Source: Nostoc sp.
GTDB taxonomy: Bacteria > Cyanobacteriota > Cyanobacteriia > Cyanobacteriales > Nostocaceae
Assembly: GCA_036918135.1 (NCBI GenBank)
Contig: JBALDB010000002.1
Location: forward strand, 1 to 64,000
Length of the DNA stretch: 64,000 nucleotides
Reading direction: 5' to 3'
Below are positions 53,370 through 64,000 of this stretch, in pieces. The notes under the pieces are model-generated. The model saw nothing but the letters and a program-made list of their open reading frames with translations. It made no database searches and was not told where the DNA came from. Position 1 is the stretch's first letter. Every line of letters starts with the position of its first letter. Made by a program: the position numbers and the translations under genes.

Positions 53370-54638
53370 ATGCAAAGAATTAGTGCAGCTTTAACTTTGA
53401 GTATACTTAGCTTAGCAAGTGGATTTCTCTTAGGGGCTTGTGAAGCTCCTGGTGGAACTAACCCTACAGCTAGCGGATTGAAAATTGGTTCCCTCTTGCC
53501 AACAACAGGCGATTTAGCATCTATCGGACAGCAGATGGCACCTGGTGTCCCCTTGCTAGTAGAAACTGTCAACGGTTGTGGTGGTGTAAACGGTCAACCT
53601 GTTACCCTTGTTGCTGTAGACGACCAAACAGACCCGAAAGCTGGTGCTGCTGGTATGACTAAGCTAGCATCAGTAGATAAAGTTGCAGGCGTCGTTGGTT
53701 CTTTCGCTAGCAGTGTTTCCACGGCGGCCGTTTCAATTGCTGCTCAAAATCAAGTGATGCTGATTTCCCCAGGTAGCACCAGTCCTGTATTTACGGAAAA
53801 GGCACAAAAAGGTGACTTCAAAGGCTTTTGGGCACGTACAGTTCCGCCTGATAGCTACCAAGGCCCAGCTTTAGCCCAACTCGCTAGTAAAAAAGGTTTC
53901 AAGCGAGTATCTACTATCGTGATTAACAACGACTATGGTGTAGGCTTTGAGAAAGCATTTGTTCAAGCTTTTGAAAAATTGGGGGGAACCATAGTTAACA
54001 AAAACAATCCCGTCCGCTACGATCCCAAAGCAACTACCTTTGAAACTGAAGCCACTGCTGCTTTTGCTGGGAAGCCGGATGCAGTGCTTGGAGTTTTCTA
54101 CGTAGAAACAGGTAGCCTGCTACTTAAGTCAGCATATCAGCAAGGTCTGAGTAAAGGGGTACAGGTGATGCTGACAGATGGTATGAAATCAGACGAATTT
54201 CCTGGTCAAGTTGGTAAAGGTAGCGATGGTAAATACATTGTATCTGGAACTATTGGCACAGTACCCGGTTCTGATGGTAAAGCCTTAGATGCTTTCAGAA
54301 AGCTTTGGCAACAGAAGAAAGGTGGTTCACCAGGAGAATTCGCTGCCCAATCTTGGGATGCTGCTGCTTTATTAGTATTGGCGGCACAAGCTGCTAAAGA
54401 AAATACAGGCGTTGGTATAGCCAAGCATATCCGTGAAGTTGCTGATGGCCCTGGTACTGAAATTACCGATGTCTGCGAGGGACTGAAGTTGCTCAAACAA
54501 GGTCAAAAAATTAACTATCAAGGAGCCAGCGGTAATGTAGATGTCGATGCTAACGGTGATGTCGTCGGTGTTTACGATGTCTGGACAGTAGGAGACGATG
54601 GCAAAATCAAGGTAATCGATAAAGTTACCCCTAAGTAG
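53370..54638 (+). CDS. natB: neutral/branched-chain amino-acid ABC substrate-binding lipoprotein
   Basis: LGAC lipobox, LivJ-type motifs; follows crtP-crtB. Confidence 0.85.
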   Translation: MQRISAALTLSILSLASGFLLGACEAPGGTNPTASGLKIGSLLPTTGDLASIGQQMAPGVPLLVETVNGCGGVNGQPVTLVAVDDQTDPKAGAAGMTKLASVDKVAGVVGSFASSVSTAAVSIAAQNQVMLISPGSTSPVFTEKAQKGDFKGFWARTVPPDSYQGPALAQLASKKGFKRVSTIVINNDYGVGFEKAFVQAFEKLGGTIVNKNNPVRYDPKATTFETEATAAFAGKPDAVLGVFYVETGSLLLKSAYQQGLSKGVQVMLTDGMKSDEFPGQVGKGSDGKYIVSGTIGTVPGSDGKALDAFRKLWQQKKGGSPGEFAAQSWDAAALLVLAAQAAKENTGVGIAKHIREVADGPGTEITDVCEGLKLLKQGQKINYQGASGNVDVDANGDVVGVYDVWTVGDDGKIKVIDKVTPK

Positions 54639-54809
54639 AAAATCAGGAATTAGGAGTTAAGAGTTATGAATTGAATATTAACTCCTAACTCTTGGAAAGA
54701 ATTGGGTTAATCGCGTCCTAACCTTGTACAGACGCGATTAATGAGCTAGCGCGTTGCGGGGGTTCCCCCCGTTGTAGCGACTGGCGTCGCGTCTCTACTT
54801 TCTCTACTT

Positions 54810-55616
54810 TTAAAATCCACTGAAGTTGTAACCAACACCTAACAATAAGCCAACATCAGTTTGATCGAAAAATCCCGCATTTACAGACGCTGTTGCCGTA
54901 AATTGAGAACTTATAGGCAGATCGATCCCACCAGATAACAAAAAGGCAAATTGCGAATCATCACCAGTTTTCCAAGCAGCACCTACTCCTACGTAAGGTG
55001 CAATGGCTAATGGTTCGCTAAAAGCATCTGCTGACTTGAAGGAAAAATCATAGGTGACGGGAAGCAAAATTGTGGTGTTGTCCCCAAATATAGCGGATGG
55101 GCGGACTGAGATAGCATTCGTTAAGCCGACTTTGCTGATTACTGCAAAGTTGCCATCGCCTAAAGATGAGTCATCCCCACTCAAACCAATATTGCCAGCA
55201 ACCCCAACATAGCTGCTACCGCCACGAGTAGTTGTACCTAAATTGATATCTGATTGCGCCACTTTGGGAGCAGACGGTTGAGAATTTGGTTGGTCAGGCT
55301 CAGAAGTAAGCTTTGCAGATGAGGTTGCCACTGTCCCTGGAATGGGTGTAAGCGTTTCCTCGATCGCCGCATTCGGTAACTGCTGTATTTTTGTTACATT
55401 TGCTACTGTAGATGGTTCAGTTATTTCTCTAGTCTCTAATTCAGTACTAAATTCGTTGCCAGACGCTACGGTTGCCTGAGGCTCAGTTAATGGCTGAGTG
55501 CTTACTGTATCTACTGTCTGGGCAATCGCAGATAAGCTGCTACTCAGGACTGTAACAGCAGCTATAGTTGGTAACCAAAAAACACCTTTACGAAGAAAAG
55601 TAGTATTCACGTTCAC
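54810..55616 (-). CDS. outer-membrane beta-barrel domain protein
   Basis: Signal peptide, APYVGVG, C-terminal GVGYNF. Confidence 0.75.
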   Translation of the reverse strand: MNVNTTFLRKGVFWLPTIAAVTVLSSSLSAIAQTVDTVSTQPLTEPQATVASGNEFSTELETREITEPSTVANVTKIQQLPNAAIEETLTPIPGTVATSSAKLTSEPDQPNSQPSAPKVAQSDINLGTTTRGGSSYVGVAGNIGLSGDDSSLGDGNFAVISKVGLTNAISVRPSAIFGDNTTILLPVTYDFSFKSADAFSEPLAIAPYVGVGAAWKTGDDSQFAFLLSGGIDLPISSQFTATASVNAGFFDQTDVGLLLGVGYNFSGF

Positions 55617-56302
55617 TCCTAAAACACTATTGCCACGAAAAATAAAAGGTTTTGTTGATTTAAGTCAACAAATTCGAGCAATACTCAAAATTTAACATCA
55701 AAAAATCGGTTTTTACATCTTGGTTTGGAGCGATTTATTTACTTAACAACGAGTAGCAAAAAATTAAATTTTCTCTCTTAAATATCCGAAATTTAACAGA
55801 TGACAAAAATTTTTCTCACTTTAGTCACTATGAGATTTTTTGTGCTTAAGAGCAAGGCGTCTATTTGATAGAGAAAGCAATCAGTAAATTATCTAAAAGT
55901 TAGCGTTTGCAAACATTGAGCGCTCTTTTGTCTTTCTATTCAATGATTGAGCAAGTTAGTGTTTTTGGCGTAACTCTAACTCTTACTGTAATGCAGTTTC
56001 TTCTAGTGTTGAGACTTAACATAAAAACTCTAAACATTCAACAATCAGCTATCAATTATCACTTATCAGTTATCGCAGAGGTTTTACTGCACCACAACTA
56101 TTCTGTAGCTCATTTGAGTTAAACCTTAATTTATAACTCAGACTTTAGATAACTGTTGACTAATTCGCTTTCATAATTTGCTTTATGTAATAAAAAAATA
56201 AAATATGAAGTTATATTACAATCCTTGCAAAAATATTTAGAAATTGTCTAGAAGCCAAACATGGTTCTAAGGTAGAACCTATAGGAGAGACTTGAGGCAA
56301 AT

Positions 56303-56623
56303 GTGATGAGCGGAAATAATATTCAAAGCTATCGGTATGTCTGTACCCTGACCTTTGGTGATATCTACGGTCAAATAATTGTTTGGTTAATTACAATTAC
56401 CCTAAGTTTGGCGTCAGCCTTGGCACTAATGGGTGCTAAAAAACCGGTGTACGCTTTAGCAACAGTAGGTCTTGTTGTTCTGCTATCGCTGCCTTTCTTG
56501 CTGTTTGCGTTTGTGACTACATTGTTAAATCATATCGAAATGGTTCCTGTAGAACCTGGAACCAAAATGGAACCGATTCCAGGTAATGTGTCTCAGCAAC
56601 AACCTGTACAAGCAACTAGCTAA
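56303..56623 (+). CDS. conserved hypothetical membrane protein
   Basis: AGGAG/GAGG upstream; two TM helices. Confidence 0.75.
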   Translation: MMSGNNIQSYRYVCTLTFGDIYGQIIVWLITITLSLASALALMGAKKPVYALATVGLVVLLSLPFLLFAFVTTLLNHIEMVPVEPGTKMEPIPGNVSQQQPVQATS

Positions 56624-56859
56624 GGAGTTAAGAGTTATGAGTGAAGAGTTATAAGTCAATCCATCTGCCCTCTAACTCTTCATTTTTAACTTTTCACTCC
56701 TAAACTCAAAATTTGTAATCACATCCCTGTCTACAGACAGGGAATTTTTTTATACAGACGCACGGTTATTACCGAAAGTGGTGTAGTTCAATCAATTGAA
56801 AAACGCTTTCATCAGGTTTCTACAATAGAACAGCAGTGGTTTGCAGTCAGGGACTAATT

Positions 56860-58587
56860 ATGCTGGAACACGATGTGATTATTGTCGGGGGTGGATTAGC
56901 AGGATGTCGTGCTGCTGTGGAAATTGCTCGCACCGATCCTAGTTTAAATATCGCTGTGGTTGCCAAAACCCACCCAATTCGTTCCCACTCAGTCGCAGCT
57001 CAAGGTGGTATGGCTGCGTCGCTGAAAAATGTAGATTCGGAAGATAGCTGGGAGGCACACGCTTTTGATACTGTCAAGGGTTCTGACTATTTAGCAGATC
57101 AAGATGCTGTGGCAATTCTCGCCCAAGAAGCGCCAGATGTGGTGATTGACTTGGAACACATGGGCGTTTTGTTCTCTCGTTTACCCGATGGTCGCATTGC
57201 CCAACGGGCTTTCGGCGGACATTCCCACAACCGCACTTGCTACGCCGCAGACAAAACTGGTCACGCAATTTTGCATGAATTGGTTAATAACCTGCGGCGT
57301 TACGGGGTGCAAGTTTATCAAGAGTGGTACGTAATGCGTCTGATTCTGGAAGAGGAGCAGGCCAAGGGTGTGGTGATGTTCCATTTGTTGGATGGGCATG
57401 TTGAGATTGTGCGGGCAAAAGCTGTAATGTTTGCTACAGGTGGCTATGGTCGCGTTTATAACACTACCTCCAATGATTACGCTTCTTGCGGTGATGGTTT
57501 GGCAATGACTGCGATCGCCGGTTTGCCCCTAGAGGATATGGAATTTGTACAATTTCATCCCACAGGGTTATATCCAGTAGGGGTACTGATTTCAGAAGCA
57601 GTGCGGGGGGAAGGGGCATATCTAATTAATAGTGAAGGCGATCGCTTTATGGCGAATTACGCACCCAGTCGCATGGAACTGGCTCCTCGTGATATTACCT
57701 CACGGGCGATCGCTTATGAAATTCGTGCTGGTCGTGGTATTCATGCTGATGGTAGCGCTGGTGGCCCCTTTGTCTATTTAGATCTGCGACACATGGGCAA
57801 AGAAAAAATTATGAGTCGCGTTCCCTTCTGCTGGGAAGAAGCCCATCGACTAGTGGGTGTTGACGCTGTAACTCAACCGATGCCAGTCCGCCCAACAATT
57901 CACTATTGTATGGGTGGTATCCCAGTGAACACCGATGGTCAAGTCCGCAGTAGTGGTGATGGTTTAGTTGAGGCTTTCTTTGCCGCTGGAGAAACAGCTT
58001 GTGTTTCTGTACATGGGGCGAATCGCTTAGGTAGTAATTCTTTACTGGAATGTGTTGTTTATGGCAAGAGGACTGGGGCAGCGATCGCTAAATTTGTGCA
58101 AAAACGTAAATTGCCCTCTGTGGATGAGCAACGCTATTTAAAAGAAGCCCAGCAACAAATTCAAGCTTTGCTAGAACAACCAGGACAGTATCGCATTAAT
58201 CAAGTTCGTGAAGCTTTCCAAGATTGTATGACTGAGTTTTGTGGTGTTTTCCGTACTGAGGCATTAATGAGTGAAGGGTTACAGAAACTAGAAGAAATTC
58301 AACAGCAGTATCCGCAAATTTATTTAGATGACAAAGGCAGTTGCTGGAATACAGAACTTGTGGAAGCCTTGGAATTGAGAAGTTTAATGGTAGTAGGGCA
58401 GACTATTTTAGCATCAGCCCTAAATCGCCAAGAAAGCCGTGGCGCTCATTTCCGCGAAGATTATTCTCAAAGAGATGATGCTAACTTTCTCAAACATACA
58501 ATGGCTTACTATTCACCAGCGGGAATTGATATACAATATCGACCTGTAGCGATTACTATGTTTGAGCCAAAAGAGCGGAAGTATTAG
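56860..58587 (+). CDS. sdhA: succinate dehydrogenase/fumarate reductase flavoprotein subunit
   Basis: [26 protein letters not shown]. Confidence 0.96.
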   Translation: MLEHDVIIVGGGLAGCRAAVEIARTDPSLNIAVVAKTHPIRSHSVAAQGGMAASLKNVDSEDSWEAHAFDTVKGSDYLADQDAVAILAQEAPDVVIDLEHMGVLFSRLPDGRIAQRAFGGHSHNRTCYAADKTGHAILHELVNNLRRYGVQVYQEWYVMRLILEEEQAKGVVMFHLLDGHVEIVRAKAVMFATGGYGRVYNTTSNDYASCGDGLAMTAIAGLPLEDMEFVQFHPTGLYPVGVLISEAVRGEGAYLINSEGDRFMANYAPSRMELAPRDITSRAIAYEIRAGRGIHADGSAGGPFVYLDLRHMGKEKIMSRVPFCWEEAHRLVGVDAVTQPMPVRPTIHYCMGGIPVNTDGQVRSSGDGLVEAFFAAGETACVSVHGANRLGSNSLLECVVYGKRTGAAIAKFVQKRKLPSVDEQRYLKEAQQQIQALLEQPGQYRINQVREAFQDCMTEFCGVFRTEALMSEGLQKLEEIQQQYPQIYLDDKGSCWNTELVEALELRSLMVVGQTILASALNRQESRGAHFREDYSQRDDANFLKHTMAYYSPAGIDIQYRPVAITMFEPKERKY

Positions 58588-58675
58588 CAAAAAGTCAATT
58601 TATGTCAAAAATCGAGGGGACTACAAAAACTTTATCCCCCTCGATTAAGAATTATGAATATAAATAATTAAATTA

Positions 58676-58852
58676 TTAATCACAACCTAATTGTTTTTGA
58701 ATCACAGCTATTATCTTTTCTTCCCAAGCTGGATCGTTTAATTTTGTTGCACCATCATGAGGACGAGCTTTTCGTCTATCCATGTGAGCATAAAAAGCTT
58801 CTTTATTACCTCTATGACTGAGAAGGTAACTTTTTAGCTCTAGCTCGTTCAT
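58676..58852 (-). CDS. DUF6887-like small protein (not in ORF track)
   Basis: MNELELKSYLLSHRGNKEAFYAHMDR... parallels MSRQELRAYVLAHREDDEA; homology extends to an ACG at 58876. Confidence 0.6.
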   Translation of the reverse strand: MNELELKSYLLSHRGNKEAFYAHMDRRKARPHDGATKLNDPAWEEKIIAVIQKQLGCD

Positions 58853-58964
58853 TAGTGCATAGTTTAACTTATTCGTGTTTGTATACTACCATCTGGTTAC
58901 AACAATATTTACAATACTTCTTTTACGGTATGGTGGAACTCGCTATCATAATCAATAACAGTGT

Positions 58965-59156
58965 ATGCCTAATGTAGAACAGGCTCTTACCTGCGTCAGA
59001 GTATGCCAGATGCTCTCAGATGGATATCAGCCTATCCATGTATTTCGGTACAATCAAAATACCAAGACAGTGTTTATCCTTGCTGGTGTAACTGAAAGCT
59101 TGGAAATTCTGATTTTCGCAGATGGTCAATGGAAATTTAACGATGACGAAGACTGA
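58965..59156 (+). CDS. DUF6888-like small protein
   Basis: MPNVEQALTCVRVCQMLS...YQPIHVFRY...ILAG; overlaps next gene. Confidence 0.7.
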   Translation: MPNVEQALTCVRVCQMLSDGYQPIHVFRYNQNTKTVFILAGVTESLEILIFADGQWKFNDDED

Positions 59157-59352
59157 CTTCACTAAAATGAGCCGTCAAGAACTAAGAGCCTATGTTTTGG
59201 CTCATCGAGAGGATGATGAGGCTATTGAGGCTTTAATTAATCGTGGAAATCCTGATAGCCCAAAATATCCATTTCCTCAAACTGAAGAAGATTTTAGAGA
59301 AATGGAAGAGATTCTTAAGAGAAAACTGAGTAACAGACCAGAAGCGGTCTAA
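59143..59352 (+). CDS. DUF6887-like small protein
   Basis: MTKTDFTKMSRQELRAYVLAHREDDEA. Confidence 0.75.
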   Translation: MTKTDFTKMSRQELRAYVLAHREDDEAIEALINRGNPDSPKYPFPQTEEDFREMEEILKRKLSNRPEAV

Positions 59353-59415
59353 AATTTCTTGGTTATAATAAAAAACTTTAATTATTAAATGTAGGGTGCG
59401 GCGCTACATCAAATT

Positions 59416-59555
59416 TACAGCGTATTGCAGGTTTATGAGGTACAAAACTGAGAATTCAAAACTCTAATTATTCTTTATCCCCCCAGCATAGCTGCCTTCT
59501 GCCTCCTGCCTCAAAATCTGTGACTTTGTACTTTATGTAAACGAAAACTGCTGTA
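59416..59555. mobile_element. MITE-like repeat with imperfect TACAGC..GTACA TIRs
   Basis: TACAGCGTATTGCAGGTTTATGAGGTACA ... TGTACTTTATGTAAACGAAAACTGCTGTA. Confidence 0.5.
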
Positions 59556-59602
59556 TATTTCTTCCTTCATATACATTGAATTGGGAATTGCAAATTTGTT
59601 CT

Positions 59603-59812
59603 ATGATGCAAAACCTCAACCAAATGATAAATACTGAAATGGAGCGGTATATTTTAGAACCTAGGAATGAGGAAGAAGCATTTCGGGCTGCATTGTAAGT
59701 TTTGATGAGTCGTTGTGATTCTGCTACACAACAACCTTATCCTTTCAATCTAGATAATCCTGAGAGTGAGGTAGAAGCTCTCCTCTCAAATAAACTCAAT
59801 CAAACTCAGTGA
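59603..59812 (+). pseudogene. DUF6887-like pseudogene with in-frame stop
   Basis: MMQNLNQMINTEMERYILEPRNEEEAFRAAL*VLMSR...QPYPF. Confidence 0.6.
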
Positions 59813-59901
59813 GAAGCGATCGCCAACCATAACATCTGGAACAATCAGATGTAGTAACTCAGTGATGTAAAATCCTGGAGATAGTAAAAGGCGATTAATA
59901 G

Positions 59902-60870
<969 letters not shown>

Positions 60871-61421
60871 CAAAATAGTAATTAGCGTTACTCTTATGCA
60901 TGATTCATGAATTCATCAATCTACTTTTTTGGGTGAATTAACATCATGTATAGGTCAACAATCGTTGAGGTGATTATTAAGTCACCTCTGAGTTTATTAA
61001 TAGCTTTATTTAACTTCTAATTTTTACTTATTCGTGTGAGCTTTAATTCTGAAATCTTCAGTGAAAGCAAAGAAGATTACATGATAAATTTTGAATAAAA
61101 AATTATTTATAACATGGTCAAATATATGCAGTAATTTATAGAAAAACCTGATTCTATTTTCGGCATAATGCTAGCTATACTACTAAGCAATATCTGGATA
61201 TTTGACTATTTTTAATCTTTATTAAATTAAACTAAATCAGCTTTATATCTAAAGTAGAAATTTAAATATATTTACTGAGGCTATTTAATTTTAAAAAAAG
61301 CAAAGCTAGGTAATTAAGCAAGCGCATCTTTGCAAGTAAGAAAAATAGCGATCGCGGTCGGGCGTCAACCAACGCCTGATTTCGTTTGCGATCTCAATCT
61401 AAAGGTTTAAGAAAAACGTTT

Positions 61422-64000
61422 ATGCCGACAGAAGAAGCATTGATTAACCTCGTAAAAGATATCAATATCAACGGAGCTTCCTCAAGTCCACACAATCTGA
61501 CGAATGTCAATGGCACGCTGTACTTCAGTGCCACCGACAGAAGTGGGGGCATTGAACTATGGAAGAGTGATGGTACCCAGGCTGGCACCGTCAGCGTCAA
61601 GGATATCTTCTCCGGTACAGGTAGCTCTAGCCCAGCATATCTGACGAATGTCAACGGTACGCTGTACTTCAATGCCACCGACAGCAGTGGGGGCACTGAA
61701 CTATGGAAGAGTGATGGCACCGAGGCTGGTACTATCCGCGTCAAGGATATCCTATCTGGTAAGGGTGACTCTAAGCCGAAAAATTTGACGAATGTTAACG
61801 GCACGCTGTACTTCGTTGCTTCTGACAGCAGTGGTGGCTATGAACTATGGAAGAGTGATGGCACCGAGGCTGGTACCGTCCGTGTCAAGGATATCTTTTC
61901 TGGCATACTTGGCTCTGACCCACAAAATTTAACGAATGTCAACGGCACGCTGTACTTCAGTGCCACCGACAACAGTGGGGGCACTGAACTGTGGAAAAGT
62001 GATGGCACCGAAGCTGGTACTGTCCGGGTCAAGGATATCGTCTCCGGTACAGGTAGTTCTAACCCAGCATCTCTGACGAATGTCAACAACACGCTGTATT
62101 TCGTTGCTTCTGACAGCAGTGTGGACACTGAACTATGGAAAAGTAATGGTACTCAGGCTGGCACTGTCCGAGTCAAGGATATCTTTTCTGGTGCAGGTAG
62201 TTCTAACCCAGTATCTCTGACGAATATCAACGGTATGCTCTACTTCGTTGCTTCTGATAGCAGTGGGGGTACTGAACTGTGGAAGAGTAATGGCACTGAG
62301 GCTGGTACTGTCCGCGTCAAGGATATCGTCTCTGGTACGGGTAGCTCCTCACCGCAAAATCTGACAAATATTAACGGTACGCTGTACTTCACTGCCACTG
62401 ACAGCAGTGGGGGTCGGGAATTGTGGAAGAGTGATGGCACTGAGGCTGGTACTGTCCGCATCAAGGATATTTTCTCTGGTACGGGTAGCTCTTACCCGGA
62501 ATATCTAACGAATGTCAACGGTATGCTGTACTTCAGAGTCATCGACAGCAGTGGTGGTTATGAACTATGGAAGAGTGATGGCACCGAGGCTGGTACTGTC
62601 CGCGTTAAGGATATGTCCTCTAGTCCAGCTGGCTCTAACCTGGCATTGGCATATCTAACAAATGTCAACGGCACGCTGTACTTCAGTGCCACCGACAGCA
62701 TTGAGGACTATGAGTTGTGGAAAAGTGATGGCACCGAGGCTGGTACTGTTCGCGTCAAAGATATCTTCTCTGGTACGGGTAGCTCTAACCCGATATATCT
62801 AACAAATGTCAACGATACATTATATTTTAGAGCCACCGACAGCAGTGGTGGCACTGAACTGTGGAAGAGTGATGGCACTGAGGCTGGTACTGTCCGCGTC
62901 AAGGATATCTTCTCCGGTACGGGTAGCTCGCTACCGCAAAATCTGACGAATGTCAACGGTATCCTATACTTTGTTGCCTCCGACATCAGTGGTGGCTATG
63001 AACTGTGGAAGAGTGATGGCACCGAGGCTGGTACCATCCGCGTCAAAGATATCTTCTCTGGCACGGGTAACTCCAACCCAGCGTATCTGACGAATGTCAA
63101 TGGCACGCTATATTTTGCTGCTAACGACAGCATTGGTGGCACTGAACTGTGGAAAAGTGATGGCACCGAGGCTGGCACTGTCCGTGTCAAAGATATTGTT
63201 CCTGGCACGAATAGCTCTAACCTGGCATATCTAACGAATGTCAACGGCACGCTGTATTTCAGAGCCTCCGACAACAGTGGGGGCATTGAACTGTGGAAGA
63301 GTGATGGCACCGAGGCTGGTACCGTCCGCGTCAAGGATATCTTCTCTGGTACAAATAGCTCATTACCGCAAAATCTGACAAATATTAACGGTACGCTGTA
63401 CTTCACTGCCACTGACAGCAGTGGGGGGACTGAACTGTGGAAGAGTTATGGTACCGAGGCTGGCACTGTCCGCGTTAAGGATATCTTCTCTGGTACGGGT
63501 AACTCTGACCCACAAAATCTAACGAATGTCAACGGTTTATTGTACTTCAGTGCCATCGACAGTAGTGGGGGACGGGAATTGTGGAAAAGTAATGGCACTG
63601 AGGCTGGTACCGTCCGCGTCAAGGATATAGTCTCTGGTACGGGTAACTCTGACCCACAAAATCTGACGAATGTCAACGGCACACTGTACTTCACTGCCAC
63701 CGACAGCAGTGGGGGGACTGAACTGTGGAAGAGTGATGGCACCGAGGTTGGTACTGTCCGCGTCAAGGATATTTTCTCTGGTACGGGTAATTCTGATCCA
63801 CAAAATCTGACGAATATCAACGGCACGCTGTACTTCACTGCCACCGACGGCAGTGGGGGGACTGAACTGTGGAAAAGTGATGGCACCGAGGCTGGTACAG
63901 TCCGTGTCAAGGATATCTATCCTGGCTTACCTGGCTCTAATCCCAACAACCTAACTTACGTTAATGGCAAACTCTACTTTTTTGCTGACAATGGTAATAC
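61422..64000 (+). CDS. ELWxxDGT-repeat protein (3' truncated; absent from ORF track)
   Basis: ATG at 61422; 17 in-frame repeats of about 144 nt, NLTNVNGTLYF...ELWKSDGTEAGTVRVKDI; frame appears open to window end. Confidence 0.92.
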   Translation, partial: MPTEEALINLVKDININGASSSPHNLTNVNGTLYFSATDRSGGIELWKSDGTQAGTVSVKDIFSGTGSSSPAYLTNVNGTLYFNATDSSGGTELWKSDGTEAGTIRVKDILSGKGDSKPKNLTNVNGTLYFVASDSSGGYELWKSDGTEAGTVRVKDIFSGILGSDPQNLTNVNGTLYFSATDNSGGTELWKSDGTEAGTVRVKDIVSGTGSSNPASLTNVNNTLYFVASDSSVDTELWKSNGTQAGTVRVKDIFSGAGSSNPVSLTNINGMLYFVASDSSGGTELWKSNGTEAGTVRVKDIVSGTGSSSPQNLTNINGTLYFTATDSSGGRELWKSDGTEAGTVRIKDIFSGTGSSYPEYLTNVNGMLYFRVIDSSGGYELWKSDGTEAGTVRVKDMSSSPAGSNLALAYLTNVNGTLYFSATDSIEDYELWKSDGTEAGTVRVKDIFSGTGSSNPIYLTNVNDTLYFRATDSSGGTELWKSDGTEAGTVRVKDIFSGTGSSLPQNLTNVNGILYFVASDISGGYELWKSDGTEAGTIRVKDIFSGTGNSNPAYLTNVNGTLYFAANDSIGGTELWKSDGTEAGTVRVKDIVPGTNSSNLAYLTNVNGTLYFRASDNSGGIELWKSDGTEAGTVRVKDIFSGTNSSLPQNLTNINGTLYFTATDSSGGTELWKSYGTEAGTVRVKDIFSGTGNSDPQNLTNVNGLLYFSAIDSSGGRELWKSNGTEAGTVRVKDIVSGTGNSDPQNLTNVNGTLYFTATDSSGGTELWKSDGTEVGTVRVKDIFSGTGNSDPQNLTNINGTLYFTATDGSGGTELWKSDGTEAGTVRVKDIYPGLPGSNPNNLTYVNGKLYFFADNGN

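Noticed and set aside
61394..63910. Series of repetitive minus-strand ORFs; also a possible CRISPR-like periodicity
   Set aside because: Antisense shadows of the ELWxxDGT gene; the 144-nt repeats are codon-preserving with no unique spacers.

Overview
A 64-kb chromosomal window from a heterocyst-type filamentous cyanobacterium (Nostocales-like). This is inferred from abundant HIP1 GCGATCGC octamers, STRR heptamer runs and petE/psbV/crtP/por genes. Most of it is housekeeping or accessory genes: ilvN, purT, accD, leuB, pilD, nagZ, crtP-crtB-natB, sdhA, por, ABC transporters, two tandem RTX proteins and a long ELWxxDGT-repeat gene. The standout is a 3-kb array of 31 tRNA genes or pseudogenes (44095-47155) covering all 20 amino acids. 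It lies behind a promoter with three TGTAGT boxes and a 63-codon leader ORF. A probable TrcR repressor gene with a matching operator and a decayed HNH nuclease gene lies about 24 kb upstream. Three array tRNAs carry related hairpin mini-elements inserted at exactly the same T-loop position, two of them further nested with a 21-nt element. The array also holds short-variable-arm tRNA-Leu genes, an 8/4 Sec-like tRNA-Ser and an unexplained tRNA-sized structured unit. All folds and homologies were judged by eye; no searches were run.
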